Below, piece by piece: positions 56,078 to 64,000 of a stretch of DNA of 64,000 bases (positions within the stretch are counted from its first letter, which is position 1; the number at the start of each line of letters is the position of its first letter). A program made the translations under genes and the position numbers. The notes beneath the pieces were generated by a model. The model did not search any database, was not told the DNA's origin, and saw nothing but the letters and a program-made list of their open reading frames with translations. The DNA comes from an uncultured Bacteroidales bacterium (GTDB lineage Bacteria > Bacteroidota > Bacteroidia > Bacteroidales > CAYRRV01): positions 9,190 to 73,189 of the forward strand of contig CAYRRV010000001.1 in NCBI GenBank assembly GCA_964426725.1, written 5' to 3'.

Positions 56078-58942
56078 TCATTTATATCCAAAAGCAGTTA
56101 AATCTAATGAAAACAGGAATTCATGAGAAAAGGATTCATCTCGTGGTTTCCAGGAGCCTCTATACCCGGCTGAAAGGGGTGTGGCTATTCTCAGGAAATG
56201 AAAATCAGTCCATAATTCCATACCATGGGACCGGAATAAATCTTCATCCTTTAACCATTCCTCCCGCGAAGGATTATAATACACTTTAATCCTGGCCCAA
56301 TCACTGAAAAATTTTCCCCTGATTCGCTTGATATAAAAAATTGAACCCAAACATAAATCGGGGTAAAAAATTGGCATTACATAATCAGTCGAAACCATTT
56401 TCGTGTTGGAAGCAATATAATCTTTATAACCTCTCGGAAATCCTGTTTCATCAAGGAGAAACATCTGACCCTCGGGTTGATATTGCCATTTTCCCCCGAG
56501 GATAAATGAATGGTGTCTTGCCAGACCAGGCAGGTAAAATCCAACATCCCCGCGGAAAAACTCAAAAAACGGACCAATACCGGGTACAGTATGACGATAA
56601 TTCATCTCCAATACCTGACCAAACACGGGCTCTATATCCCTGTGCGACAATTTCAGGTAGTTCCAGGCCCGAAAGCTGTACCCGGTTGTAAATATACCAT
56701 TATCCCACCAGCTATTATCCTCTAGCATAAAATGATTGGTTGAAAAATTTAATTCAATGGCTGGACGAATTCCCCTGACATATTTACTCCTTGTAAAATT
56801 CAAAGGAAGGAATATTTCCTCGTTAAATGTAATCCTTTTTATTCCGGTTTCCGGGGGTGCATTTTCGCTTGCCCGGTTAACATAGGGAACCCCTCCGGTA
56901 TTAACAGAAGTTTTGAAAACCGGGTACCATCCCCTGTAAATAAAACTAGCAGAAAAGAAATGGTGTTTGTTTTTATAACCGTACCCGGCAGTGGTAATGG
57001 CCGTGCTCAATACATTTTGGGAAAGAAGTGTAATCCCCGGGAATACAGGGGGATCTTCAAAGTCCAAATCAATATAATCGAAATAAAAAGGGGACCAACT
57101 GTGCAGGTTAAAGAGATGATGCATTTTCCGGTATGGCTGAATCCTGTAATCCGTTACTATGGATGTGTCTATATTTGTTTTTGGTTTATCAAAACGTTCG
57201 ATCAGGTAATTTATACTATCGGTCAAGGGGTTAAACTCCTCGGATTTTTCGGGCTTCATCTTTACCAGGTTAAAACCATCCGTGGTGTATTCAGAATAAT
57301 AGAGTATATTCTTTCGCGGATGAGGATAAGGATAATAAGCTCCCAATTTTGATGAAGTTATTTTTTCCATTTTGTACACGAGCGTGTCCATCATGTAAAT
57401 ATTATCTGTACCGGTGAAAGTACCCCGGAACCATAATTTGCCTTTCGCGAAAGTAAAATCTGAAATATCCGCCTGGAAAGGTCCCGCGATTTTTGCCAGA
57501 TTCCCTGTTTTCAGGTTATATTCCCAAAGCGATTTGCCCTCCCGGTCAACCCCAGCGGATATGATAACATGATTGTTTTTCCATACCGGTTGAACCGGGT
57601 AGAAAACGGTTTCCTTTTCATGTAATGTTTCTCCTGTTTCGCTATCCAAAACAGTAAGTTTATACTGGTTTTCATTGGTTACTTCAGTTACTGCTAACTC
57701 CTTTCCCCCGGGAGAAAAAGAGGGAGAAAAATATTTATGTTTACCAGTGATTCTGCGAGTTTTTCCGGAGTTGATATCCAAGGATTTGACTACCGAGTAA
57801 CCCCGGTGAGACCAACGGGGATCCGGGATGTGCTCTGTCCAAATTACCTTGTTTCCATGAGCATCGAGTTTCACGTGATTACCATTGCCGGGAACATGCA
57901 GGATATTTTCTTTTCCTTTGATATCCATTAAAATCAGTTGATCCAGTTGATCAATGCCTGATTTTTCGAGGATGAATAATGAATCTGATATTTCGCGGGC
58001 ATACCGATAATTCGTGTAATCATCATTCGATCGTACATTGATTTGTCGGGTTGGGTCGGGTTTTACCTGATTCACATTTTTTTTCCAGGTACTATCCATG
58101 TATGCCATTGATTCCTTGTAGAGCTTTGTTTTGGATGTGCCGCCATACTTTTTTAATCCGAAATAGAACGGAATAATCAAGTAGGGATAACGGGAAGTAT
58201 AAGAGAGAATGTTATCCCAAATTTCATCCCCGTACTTGTATCTTCCATAAGTAACCAGCGGGTAGCCCAACCGGTATATGTCAGGAACATGGTCATGGTA
58301 GGAACCATAGATGGCCTTGTTAAAAGGAAAGAGTTTTTCGTCCTGTAAAAGAATAGCTTTCCATTCTTTGTGAAAAGCAGGTAATCTTCCTCTTCCTGAT
58401 GACGAGTGGTATGTTTCAGCAAATACTGCATCCCCTTCGAGAAACCAACGGGGTATAATGGCCAGGGCAAGACCGGGTGCCTGTTGTCCAATCAGGTAAG
58501 ATAGTTTATAAACAAAATTCTGATCCAGTTTTTTAATTTGTGATACATGCCTGTGTTCGTGTAAAACCAATTGTGCAATCCAATCCTGCGCGAAAATATC
58601 CTGGGGTGGTACAGGAAAAATCTCTACTCTCCGTGGTGCCCAGACCACCACTCCATTCGAACGGGCAGAAAATGGATGAAAAACCACGGGTATATTTCTC
58701 TTTTTTAAAAAATTGTTACTGCCGCCCAATCGTTTTGTGAGGCTATCGAGTGCATGAGCATACTCGAGTGCTCTCGGGGTAAACCTTTCCGGGAAGACCA
58801 ATTGATAATTCTTGGTTTTTAACTGTTTCCATGAGATGGAACCAGGATCTTCTCCTGTTGTATAAAACTGTCCTGTTACCCGGGATGACATTCCCAAAAA
58901 AAGCAGGATGACAATCAGGAAAATATTTGTAGAGCGGTTCAT
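56078..58942 (-). CDS. Secreted 954-aa hypothetical protein with an HExxH metallopeptidase-like motif, TolB-like beta-propeller repeats and a beta-rich C-terminal region
   Basis: It has the signal peptide NIFLIVILLFLGMSSRVTGQ. It carries LVLHEHRHVSQ (codons at 58547..58561) with a downstream FLEGDAVFAE. Its middle section contains PRWSH...YFSPSFSPGGKELAV type repeats. Confidence 0.55.
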   Translation of the reverse strand: MNRSTNIFLIVILLFLGMSSRVTGQFYTTGEDPGSISWKQLKTKNYQLVFPERFTPRALEYAHALDSLTKRLGGSNNFLKKRNIPVVFHPFSARSNGVVVWAPRRVEIFPVPPQDIFAQDWIAQLVLHEHRHVSQIKKLDQNFVYKLSYLIGQQAPGLALAIIPRWFLEGDAVFAETYHSSSGRGRLPAFHKEWKAILLQDEKLFPFNKAIYGSYHDHVPDIYRLGYPLVTYGRYKYGDEIWDNILSYTSRYPYLIIPFYFGLKKYGGTSKTKLYKESMAYMDSTWKKNVNQVKPDPTRQINVRSNDDYTNYRYAREISDSLFILEKSGIDQLDQLILMDIKGKENILHVPGNGNHVKLDAHGNKVIWTEHIPDPRWSHRGYSVVKSLDINSGKTRRITGKHKYFSPSFSPGGKELAVTEVTNENQYKLTVLDSETGETLHEKETVFYPVQPVWKNNHVIISAGVDREGKSLWEYNLKTGNLAKIAGPFQADISDFTFAKGKLWFRGTFTGTDNIYMMDTLVYKMEKITSSKLGAYYPYPHPRKNILYYSEYTTDGFNLVKMKPEKSEEFNPLTDSINYLIERFDKPKTNIDTSIVTDYRIQPYRKMHHLFNLHSWSPFYFDYIDLDFEDPPVFPGITLLSQNVLSTAITTAGYGYKNKHHFFSASFIYRGWYPVFKTSVNTGGVPYVNRASENAPPETGIKRITFNEEIFLPLNFTRSKYVRGIRPAIELNFSTNHFMLEDNSWWDNGIFTTGYSFRAWNYLKLSHRDIEPVFGQVLEMNYRHTVPGIGPFFEFFRGDVGFYLPGLARHHSFILGGKWQYQPEGQMFLLDETGFPRGYKDYIASNTKMVSTDYVMPIFYPDLCLGSIFYIKRIRGKFFSDWARIKVYYNPSREEWLKDEDLFRSHGMELWTDFHFLRIATPLSAGYRGSWKPRDESFSHEFLFSLDLTAFGYK

Positions 58943-59002
58943 GCCATCAAAACAATACAGAAAAAATGATGTTCACACCCGGCTATAACTTCAGTAAAAA
59001 TT

Positions 59003-59347
59003 CTACCGGATTTTAGTTTTTTTATATCCCTTTTTCAAGAGAAAATCCCTGACTTTTTCGCGGGAATCACCCTGTATTATTATTTCCCCATCTTTCGCTG
59101 ATCCCCCTGTCCCGCAGTGCGTTTTGAGTTGCTTCCCCAGATCCGCGAGATCTTCTTGTTTGCCGGTAAATCCGGATACCAGGGTCACGGTTTTACCTTT
59201 TCTTTTTTTTGTATCCAGGCTGATAACCAGTTTTTGTTCAGCGGGCCCGGGCGTGTCAGCTTCTTCTTCGTTATCATAGTTATACTCGAAATCAGGGTCG
59301 GTGCTGTAAACAATACCGGATATATTTTTTCTTTTTTTCTTTGACAT
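59003..59347 (-). CDS. SUI1/YciH family translation initiation factor homologue
   Basis: It contains RKGKTVTLVSGF...LKTHCGTGGSAKDGEIIIQGDSREKVRDFL. Confidence 0.85.
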   Translation of the reverse strand: MSKKKRKNISGIVYSTDPDFEYNYDNEEEADTPGPAEQKLVISLDTKKRKGKTVTLVSGFTGKQEDLADLGKQLKTHCGTGGSAKDGEIIIQGDSREKVRDFLLKKGYKKTKIR

Positions 59348-59523
59348 TGATACTATTTTTTAAGATTTTTTAACATCCATGGAAACATACAATAATAGTA
59401 AAAAAAATTCCATGCTGCACGGAACTTGCTCGTGTAACATTCGAGGATTTCAATTTTTACCCTTATCTTTACCCCGTAACATGAAATATATTTTTATATT
59501 TATCATCACATTACTACTGCAAA

Positions 59524-62500
59524 ATGAAAAAATTTCAGCTTTATAACAATATTTCCGGTTGGGTCGTGTTTTTGGTGGCAACTGTTACTTATCTTCTTAC
59601 CATTGAACCCACTACAAGTCTTTGGGATTGCGGGGAATTTATTACATCTTCCTACAAGCTTCAAGTTGGGCATCCTCCAGGGGCTCCCCTGTTCATGATC
59701 ATGGCACGATTCTTTTCCCTTTTTGCCAGCGATGTTTCACAGGTAGCCAAAATGATTAATGCTATGTCCGGTTTAGCGAGTGCTTTCACGATTCTTTTCC
59801 TTTTCTGGACCATATCTCATTTGGGCCGGAAAATTATAATGGCAAACTCTGAAGAAGAGATCAGCCGGGCCAATATTTTCATTATACTTGGAAGTGCAGT
59901 CGTGGGCAGCCTGGCTTATACTTTTTCAGATACATTCTGGTTTTCAGCCGTGGAAGCGGAAGTTTATGCAACCTCCAGCCTGTTTACCGCGGTTGTATTC
60001 TGGGCTATCCTGAAATGGGAGAATATAGCTGATGAAAAATATGCAAACCGGTGGTTGATTCTTATTGCTTACCTGATGGGGTTATCAATTGGTGTTCACT
60101 TGCTGAACCTGCTGGCCATACCCGCGATTGTTTTTGTCTATTATTTCAGGAAATTCAAGGTTACCCGGAGAGGTATTTTTTATGCAGCCGTTATTTCTGT
60201 GATGCTGTTGGCGATAATGATGTATGGTGTTATTCACGGTGTAGTTAAGGTAGCTTCTATTTTCGAGCTTGTTTTTGTTAATCAGTTGGGACTTCCTTAT
60301 AAATCAGGCGTTATCTTATATACCCTTCTGCTCATTGGCCTGGTTGCATGGGGCATTATACGAACCAAACGAAATGGCAAGGTAGTGCTCAATACCGCAC
60401 TTACTGCATTCATGGTAATATTAATCGGGTATTCTTCATTCACGATGATTGTTATCCGTTCATTAGCTGACCCACCGATTGATGAGAATAATCCTGAGCA
60501 TGTTTTCTCGTTGCTATCATACCTGAACAGGGAACAATACGGGGATCGCCCCCTGGTAAAGGGTCAGTATTATAATGCCCCAATAGAAGAGGTTGTTGAC
60601 GGCAAAAAAGTATACAATCAAATCGATGGTAAATACGAGGTAACCCAGGTAAAGAGAGAATATATCTATGATCCGCGCTTCAATACATTTTTCCCAAGGA
60701 TGTATTCATCAGACACAAGACATATCCGTGAATACAAGGACTGGGCAAGTATAAAGGGCGTACCTGTCCAGGTGCAGAATCGGCAGGGAGAAACGGAAAC
60801 GATTTACAAGCCCACTTTCGGTGAAAATCTCAAGTTCTTTTTCCGTTACCAGGTAGGATTCATGTATTTCAGGTATTTCATGTGGAATTTCTCTGGTCGG
60901 CAAAACGATGAACAAAGTCACGGTGAAATTACCAATGGTAACTGGATAACGGGAATTAAGCCTTTTGACGAAGTACGGATTGGAAGTCGTGAAAACTTCC
61001 CCGAAAGCATGGAAAATGAAAAATCAACCAATAAGTATTACATGTTACCATTTCTCCTGGGTCTGATGGGAGTAATTTTCCATTTTCAAAAAAATAAAAA
61101 AGATGCCACGGTTGTGATGCTGTTATTTATTCTGACTGGCTTAGCCATTGTGGTTTACCTGAATCAAACCCCGATACAACCCAGGGAAAGAGATTACGCC
61201 TATGCCGGTTCTTTTTACGCTTATGCTATTTGGATCGGACTGGGTGTTATGGCTATCTTCGACCTGTTTTCTAGGAAGAATAAGACTCCAGTTACGGCAG
61301 CACTGGTAACTTTACTGTGCCTGATTTTTGTGCCTGGTCTCATGGCTAAAGAAAACTGGGATGATCATGATCGGTCAGGAAGGTACACGGCCCGCGATTT
61401 CGCTTATAACTACCTGAATTCTTGTGCCCCGAACGCGATACTTTTCACGAACGGTGACAACGATACTTTTCCCCTATGGTATGCACAGGAAGTGGAAGGA
61501 ATCAGAACAGATGTTCGAGTAGTAAACCTAATGTTACTGAATACCGACTGGTATATCGAACAGATGAAAAGGAAAGCTTATGAATCGGAGCCGGTTCCCT
61601 TTAGCATGGAAAAGGAGCAGTATATTGATGGCCGGAGAAATATTGTTTACCTGCTGGACAGGGTTAAAAATCACGTGAATCTCAAAGATGCCATTGACTT
61701 CGTAAGGAGTGATGATCCGAAGACCAAGCAATTACCAAACTTGCGTGAGAAAATAGATTATATTCCCACTAAACGTTTTATCCTGCCCGTGGACTCGGCA
61801 ATCGTGGTTAAAAATGGTACTGTAAAACCTGAAGATGCCCACCTTGTAGAAAAAGAAATCCGGTTTACCCTGAACAAATCCCACATTATGAAGAGTGAGA
61901 TGATGGTGCTTGACCTGCTTGCTCATAATAACTGGGAACGTCCTGTTTATTTCGTTGCTCCAGGGAGTGATGGTACGGTAAACCTGGATGATTACCTGCA
62001 ACTGGAGGGATTTGCCTACAGGTTGTTGCCCATCCGAAAGCAAGCCGAGGGATACCTGGACTACGGCAGGATTGACACGGACATTTTATACCGTAACCTG
62101 ATGCAGGAGTTCCGGTGGGGCAGGATGAACAAGGAAGACGTGTACATTGATTATTATAACAGACGAACCATTAGTGTATTGAAAATACGAAATACTTTCA
62201 ACAGGCTGGCTGAAAAATTATTAGAAGAGGCTAAAACAGATTCAGCTATTGAGGTTCTTAACAAGGTGGTTGAACTCACACCACATGAAAATGTTCCTTA
62301 CGATATCTTCATGGTAGAAACTGCCGAATTATACTACCAGGCAAATACCCCTGATCAAGCAAATAAGATTGTTAAAAATTACGCGAGTCTCTGTTTTGAT
62401 TATCTTGATTATTATTTTGGTTTCAGAAAGAAATTTATTCCATCTGTTGAAAATGAGATCAACATGAACATGCAAATAGTACAACGACTATTACAACTTA

Positions 62501-62595
62501 CTCAGCGCTTTGGACAAACTGAACTTAATCAGGAGATTCAGGAAGAATTTGATAAGGTACACATGGTATATCAATCCATGGGTATAGGCCGGTAA
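59524..62595 (+). CDS. DUF2723 family membrane protein (TMEM260-like, putative glycosyltransferase-C fold), 1,023 aa
   Basis: Its N-terminus is EPTTSLWDCGEFITSSYKLQVGHPPGAPLF. It has many TM helices and a TPR-like soluble C-terminus. Confidence 0.7.
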   Translation: MKKFQLYNNISGWVVFLVATVTYLLTIEPTTSLWDCGEFITSSYKLQVGHPPGAPLFMIMARFFSLFASDVSQVAKMINAMSGLASAFTILFLFWTISHLGRKIIMANSEEEISRANIFIILGSAVVGSLAYTFSDTFWFSAVEAEVYATSSLFTAVVFWAILKWENIADEKYANRWLILIAYLMGLSIGVHLLNLLAIPAIVFVYYFRKFKVTRRGIFYAAVISVMLLAIMMYGVIHGVVKVASIFELVFVNQLGLPYKSGVILYTLLLIGLVAWGIIRTKRNGKVVLNTALTAFMVILIGYSSFTMIVIRSLADPPIDENNPEHVFSLLSYLNREQYGDRPLVKGQYYNAPIEEVVDGKKVYNQIDGKYEVTQVKREYIYDPRFNTFFPRMYSSDTRHIREYKDWASIKGVPVQVQNRQGETETIYKPTFGENLKFFFRYQVGFMYFRYFMWNFSGRQNDEQSHGEITNGNWITGIKPFDEVRIGSRENFPESMENEKSTNKYYMLPFLLGLMGVIFHFQKNKKDATVVMLLFILTGLAIVVYLNQTPIQPRERDYAYAGSFYAYAIWIGLGVMAIFDLFSRKNKTPVTAALVTLLCLIFVPGLMAKENWDDHDRSGRYTARDFAYNYLNSCAPNAILFTNGDNDTFPLWYAQEVEGIRTDVRVVNLMLLNTDWYIEQMKRKAYESEPVPFSMEKEQYIDGRRNIVYLLDRVKNHVNLKDAIDFVRSDDPKTKQLPNLREKIDYIPTKRFILPVDSAIVVKNGTVKPEDAHLVEKEIRFTLNKSHIMKSEMMVLDLLAHNNWERPVYFVAPGSDGTVNLDDYLQLEGFAYRLLPIRKQAEGYLDYGRIDTDILYRNLMQEFRWGRMNKEDVYIDYYNRRTISVLKIRNTFNRLAEKLLEEAKTDSAIEVLNKVVELTPHENVPYDIFMVETAELYYQANTPDQANKIVKNYASLCFDYLDYYFGFRKKFIPSVENEINMNMQIVQRLLQLTQRFGQTELNQEIQEEFDKVHMVYQSMGIGR

Positions 62596-62777
62596 AAATA
62601 ACCAGTGTCTTGTCAAATAAATATAACGGTATTTCATGCTGAGAAAGACCGTGCAACAAATGGCAACGCACATTTTGCACATTTGCAAGCCCAAACACAC
62701 TGGCTGATACTTCAGCTTGTATAAGAACCAAATCTTAAGCCAACGCTCAATTTAACGAGAGGATTTGAAATAGTTTC

Positions 62778-62785
62778 TAGATTTG
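62778..62785 (+). promoter_or_regulatory. Candidate -7 box (TAGATTTG) for pbpC
   Basis: It is an exact TAnnTTTG match, 9 nt upstream of the ATG at 62795. Confidence 0.35.
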
Positions 62786-62794
62786 GCAAGAAAG

Positions 62795-64000
62795 ATGTCA
62801 AAATTTAAATATTTTTCGGTGAAAATAAGGAATAAAATATTAAGATTCAGGTGGTTTATTCTTTTATTCACTCTACTGCTGGTCTGGTTTTTTTCCTTAC
62901 CCCGTAAACTATTTGATGATCCGACCAGTACAGTCGTTTATGATAAGGAGGGAAGACTGTTGGGAGCATTGATCGCTAAAGATGGCCAGTGGCGTTTTCC
63001 CGATATTGACAGTATACCAGAAAAGATCGCGAGAACCCTTATCACTTTTGAAGACAAAAACTATTATTTTCACCCGGGGTTTGATCTCCTGGCTCTTGGT
63101 CGTGCTGCAATTCAAAACATCAGGGCCGGAAAAATAGTTTCCGGGGGTTCAACGCTTACCATGCAGGTTATCAGGTTGAGCAGAAAGGGACGTCCTCGAA
63201 CAATCCATGAAAAATTAATTGAGATATTATTAGCTACCCGTTTGGAATTAGCATGTTCAAAACATGAAATTCTCGCGTTGTATTGCTCGCACGCTCCGTT
63301 TGGAGGAAACGTGGTAGGCATTGATGCTGCTGCCTGGAGATATTTTGGGCGAGAACCTTCAGATTTATCCTGGGCAGAAGCAGCAACCCTGGCAGTATTA
63401 CCCAACACGCCATCATTAATTCACCCGGGCAGGAACACGGGATTATTACACTCCAAAAGGAACAGGTTACTAAAAAAAATGCTGGAAAAACAGATCATAG
63501 ATTCACTCACGTATTCGCTTTCCATTGACGAGCTTTTACCTTTTGCCCCGCTTCCATTACCAATGAATTCTCCTCACCTGGTAGCCCGCTTAAACTTATC
63601 ATTCCCGGGTCAACGAGTGTTTTCCACTATTAACTATGATTTACAAAAGCAGGTAAACCAGGTACTTTCCCGACACCAGGCACGATTAGCCTCCAATGGT
63701 ATTCACAATGCCGCAGCGATGATAATGGAAGTTGAAACTGGTCATGTTACCGCTTACACCGGGAATATTTTAGCCGGGGAATGCCAAAGTCATGGTCAAA
63801 TGGTTGATATAATAACATCACCACGAAGTACAGGTAGTATCCTAAAACCCTTTCTCTTTGCATCGATGATAGATGAAGGAGAAATATTACCCGGTATGTT
63901 GATCCCAGATATCCCCACAAGGATCTCGGGTTTTTCTCCTAAAAACTATACTTTATCCTACGATGGAGCAATACCTGCAAGCCGGGCCCTTTCCAGATCC
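62795..64000 (+). CDS. pbpC: Penicillin-binding protein 1C, N-terminal 402 aa. The gene runs off the window end.
   Basis: Hand translation gives an MSKFKYFSVKIRNK... anchor. The GT51 motifs EDKNYYFHPG, GGSTLTMQ and RKGRPRTIHEKLIE follow, then the transpeptidase SxxK (PRSTGSILKP). It is absent from the ORF track because it has no stop in the window. Confidence 0.85.
   Translation, partial: MSKFKYFSVKIRNKILRFRWFILLFTLLLVWFFSLPRKLFDDPTSTVVYDKEGRLLGALIAKDGQWRFPDIDSIPEKIARTLITFEDKNYYFHPGFDLLALGRAAIQNIRAGKIVSGGSTLTMQVIRLSRKGRPRTIHEKLIEILLATRLELACSKHEILALYCSHAPFGGNVVGIDAAAWRYFGREPSDLSWAEAATLAVLPNTPSLIHPGRNTGLLHSKRNRLLKKMLEKQIIDSLTYSLSIDELLPFAPLPLPMNSPHLVARLNLSFPGQRVFSTINYDLQKQVNQVLSRHQARLASNGIHNAAAMIMEVETGHVTAYTGNILAGECQSHGQMVDIITSPRSTGSILKPFLFASMIDEGEILPGMLIPDIPTRISGFSPKNYTLSYDGAIPASRALSRS

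Noticed and set aside
62668-62685. A tandem 9-mer, GCACATTTT GCACATTTG, lies upstream of pbpC, with nearby TGCAA/TTGCA strings.
   Set aside because: There are only two short AT-rich copies. That is too little to separate from chance, and I know of no regulator motif that matches.
1-64000. I scanned for CRISPR arrays, rRNA genes, IS elements or transposases, integrases, prophage genes and toxin-antitoxin or other defence modules.
   Set aside because: I saw no regularly spaced direct repeats, no DDE-transposase, tyrosine-recombinase or serine-recombinase motifs, and no phage structural genes on either strand. The tRNA-Val is not followed by an integrase.

Overview
The window is a Bacteroidota-type chromosomal segment, roughly 38-40% GC by eye, and it is densely coding. 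The phylum call rests on five observations: a T9SS C-terminal sorting domain, TAnnTTTG -7 promoter boxes, the DUF3098-FtsX-UppP arrangement, an atpBEFHAG operon without atpD/atpC, and GH3 and DUF2723 proteins.

Most of the content is housekeeping:
- dtd and a mazG-like gene
- yceD-rpmF-plsX-fabH
- bactofilin, an AtpI-like gene and atpBEFHAG
- recO, a deoxynucleoside kinase, queA, truB, uppP, ftsX, ilvE, tRNA-Val(GAC), a dCMP deaminase and a SUI1/YciH homologue

The accessory or envelope content is:
- A compact carotenoid operon (crtI-crtB-crtZ-lycopene cyclase) with a divergent CruF/DUF422-like gene.
- A cassette made of a PAS-LuxR regulator, a small outer-membrane beta-barrel protein, a 2,344-aa T9SS-sorted surface protein and a lipoprotein.
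- A small polysaccharide locus with a CapD/WbpM-like enzyme, a GT4, a Wzi-like protein, an orphan ORF and a GT9.
- A 1,855-aa lipoprotein alpha-2-macroglobulin with an intact CIEQ thioester. It is bracketed by a 33-nt inverted repeat, and a PBP1C gene lies about 9.8 kb downstream.
- A 954-aa secreted protein that combines an HExxH motif with beta-propeller-like repeats.

Two edge-truncated genes are missing from the ORF track and were translated by hand: a sensor histidine kinase (1..608, minus strand) and pbpC (62795..64000, plus strand).

I see no CRISPR array, rRNA, transposase, integrase, phage gene or recognisable defence system, and I cannot point to a clearly novel multi-gene system. 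The candidates most worth a second look are the inverted-repeat-bracketed A2M gene, the giant Asp-box/Ig-like T9SS protein with its regulator-proximal palindrome, and the tRNA-like remnant in the tRNA-Val leader. All product calls come from motif recognition by eye, and no database search was run.
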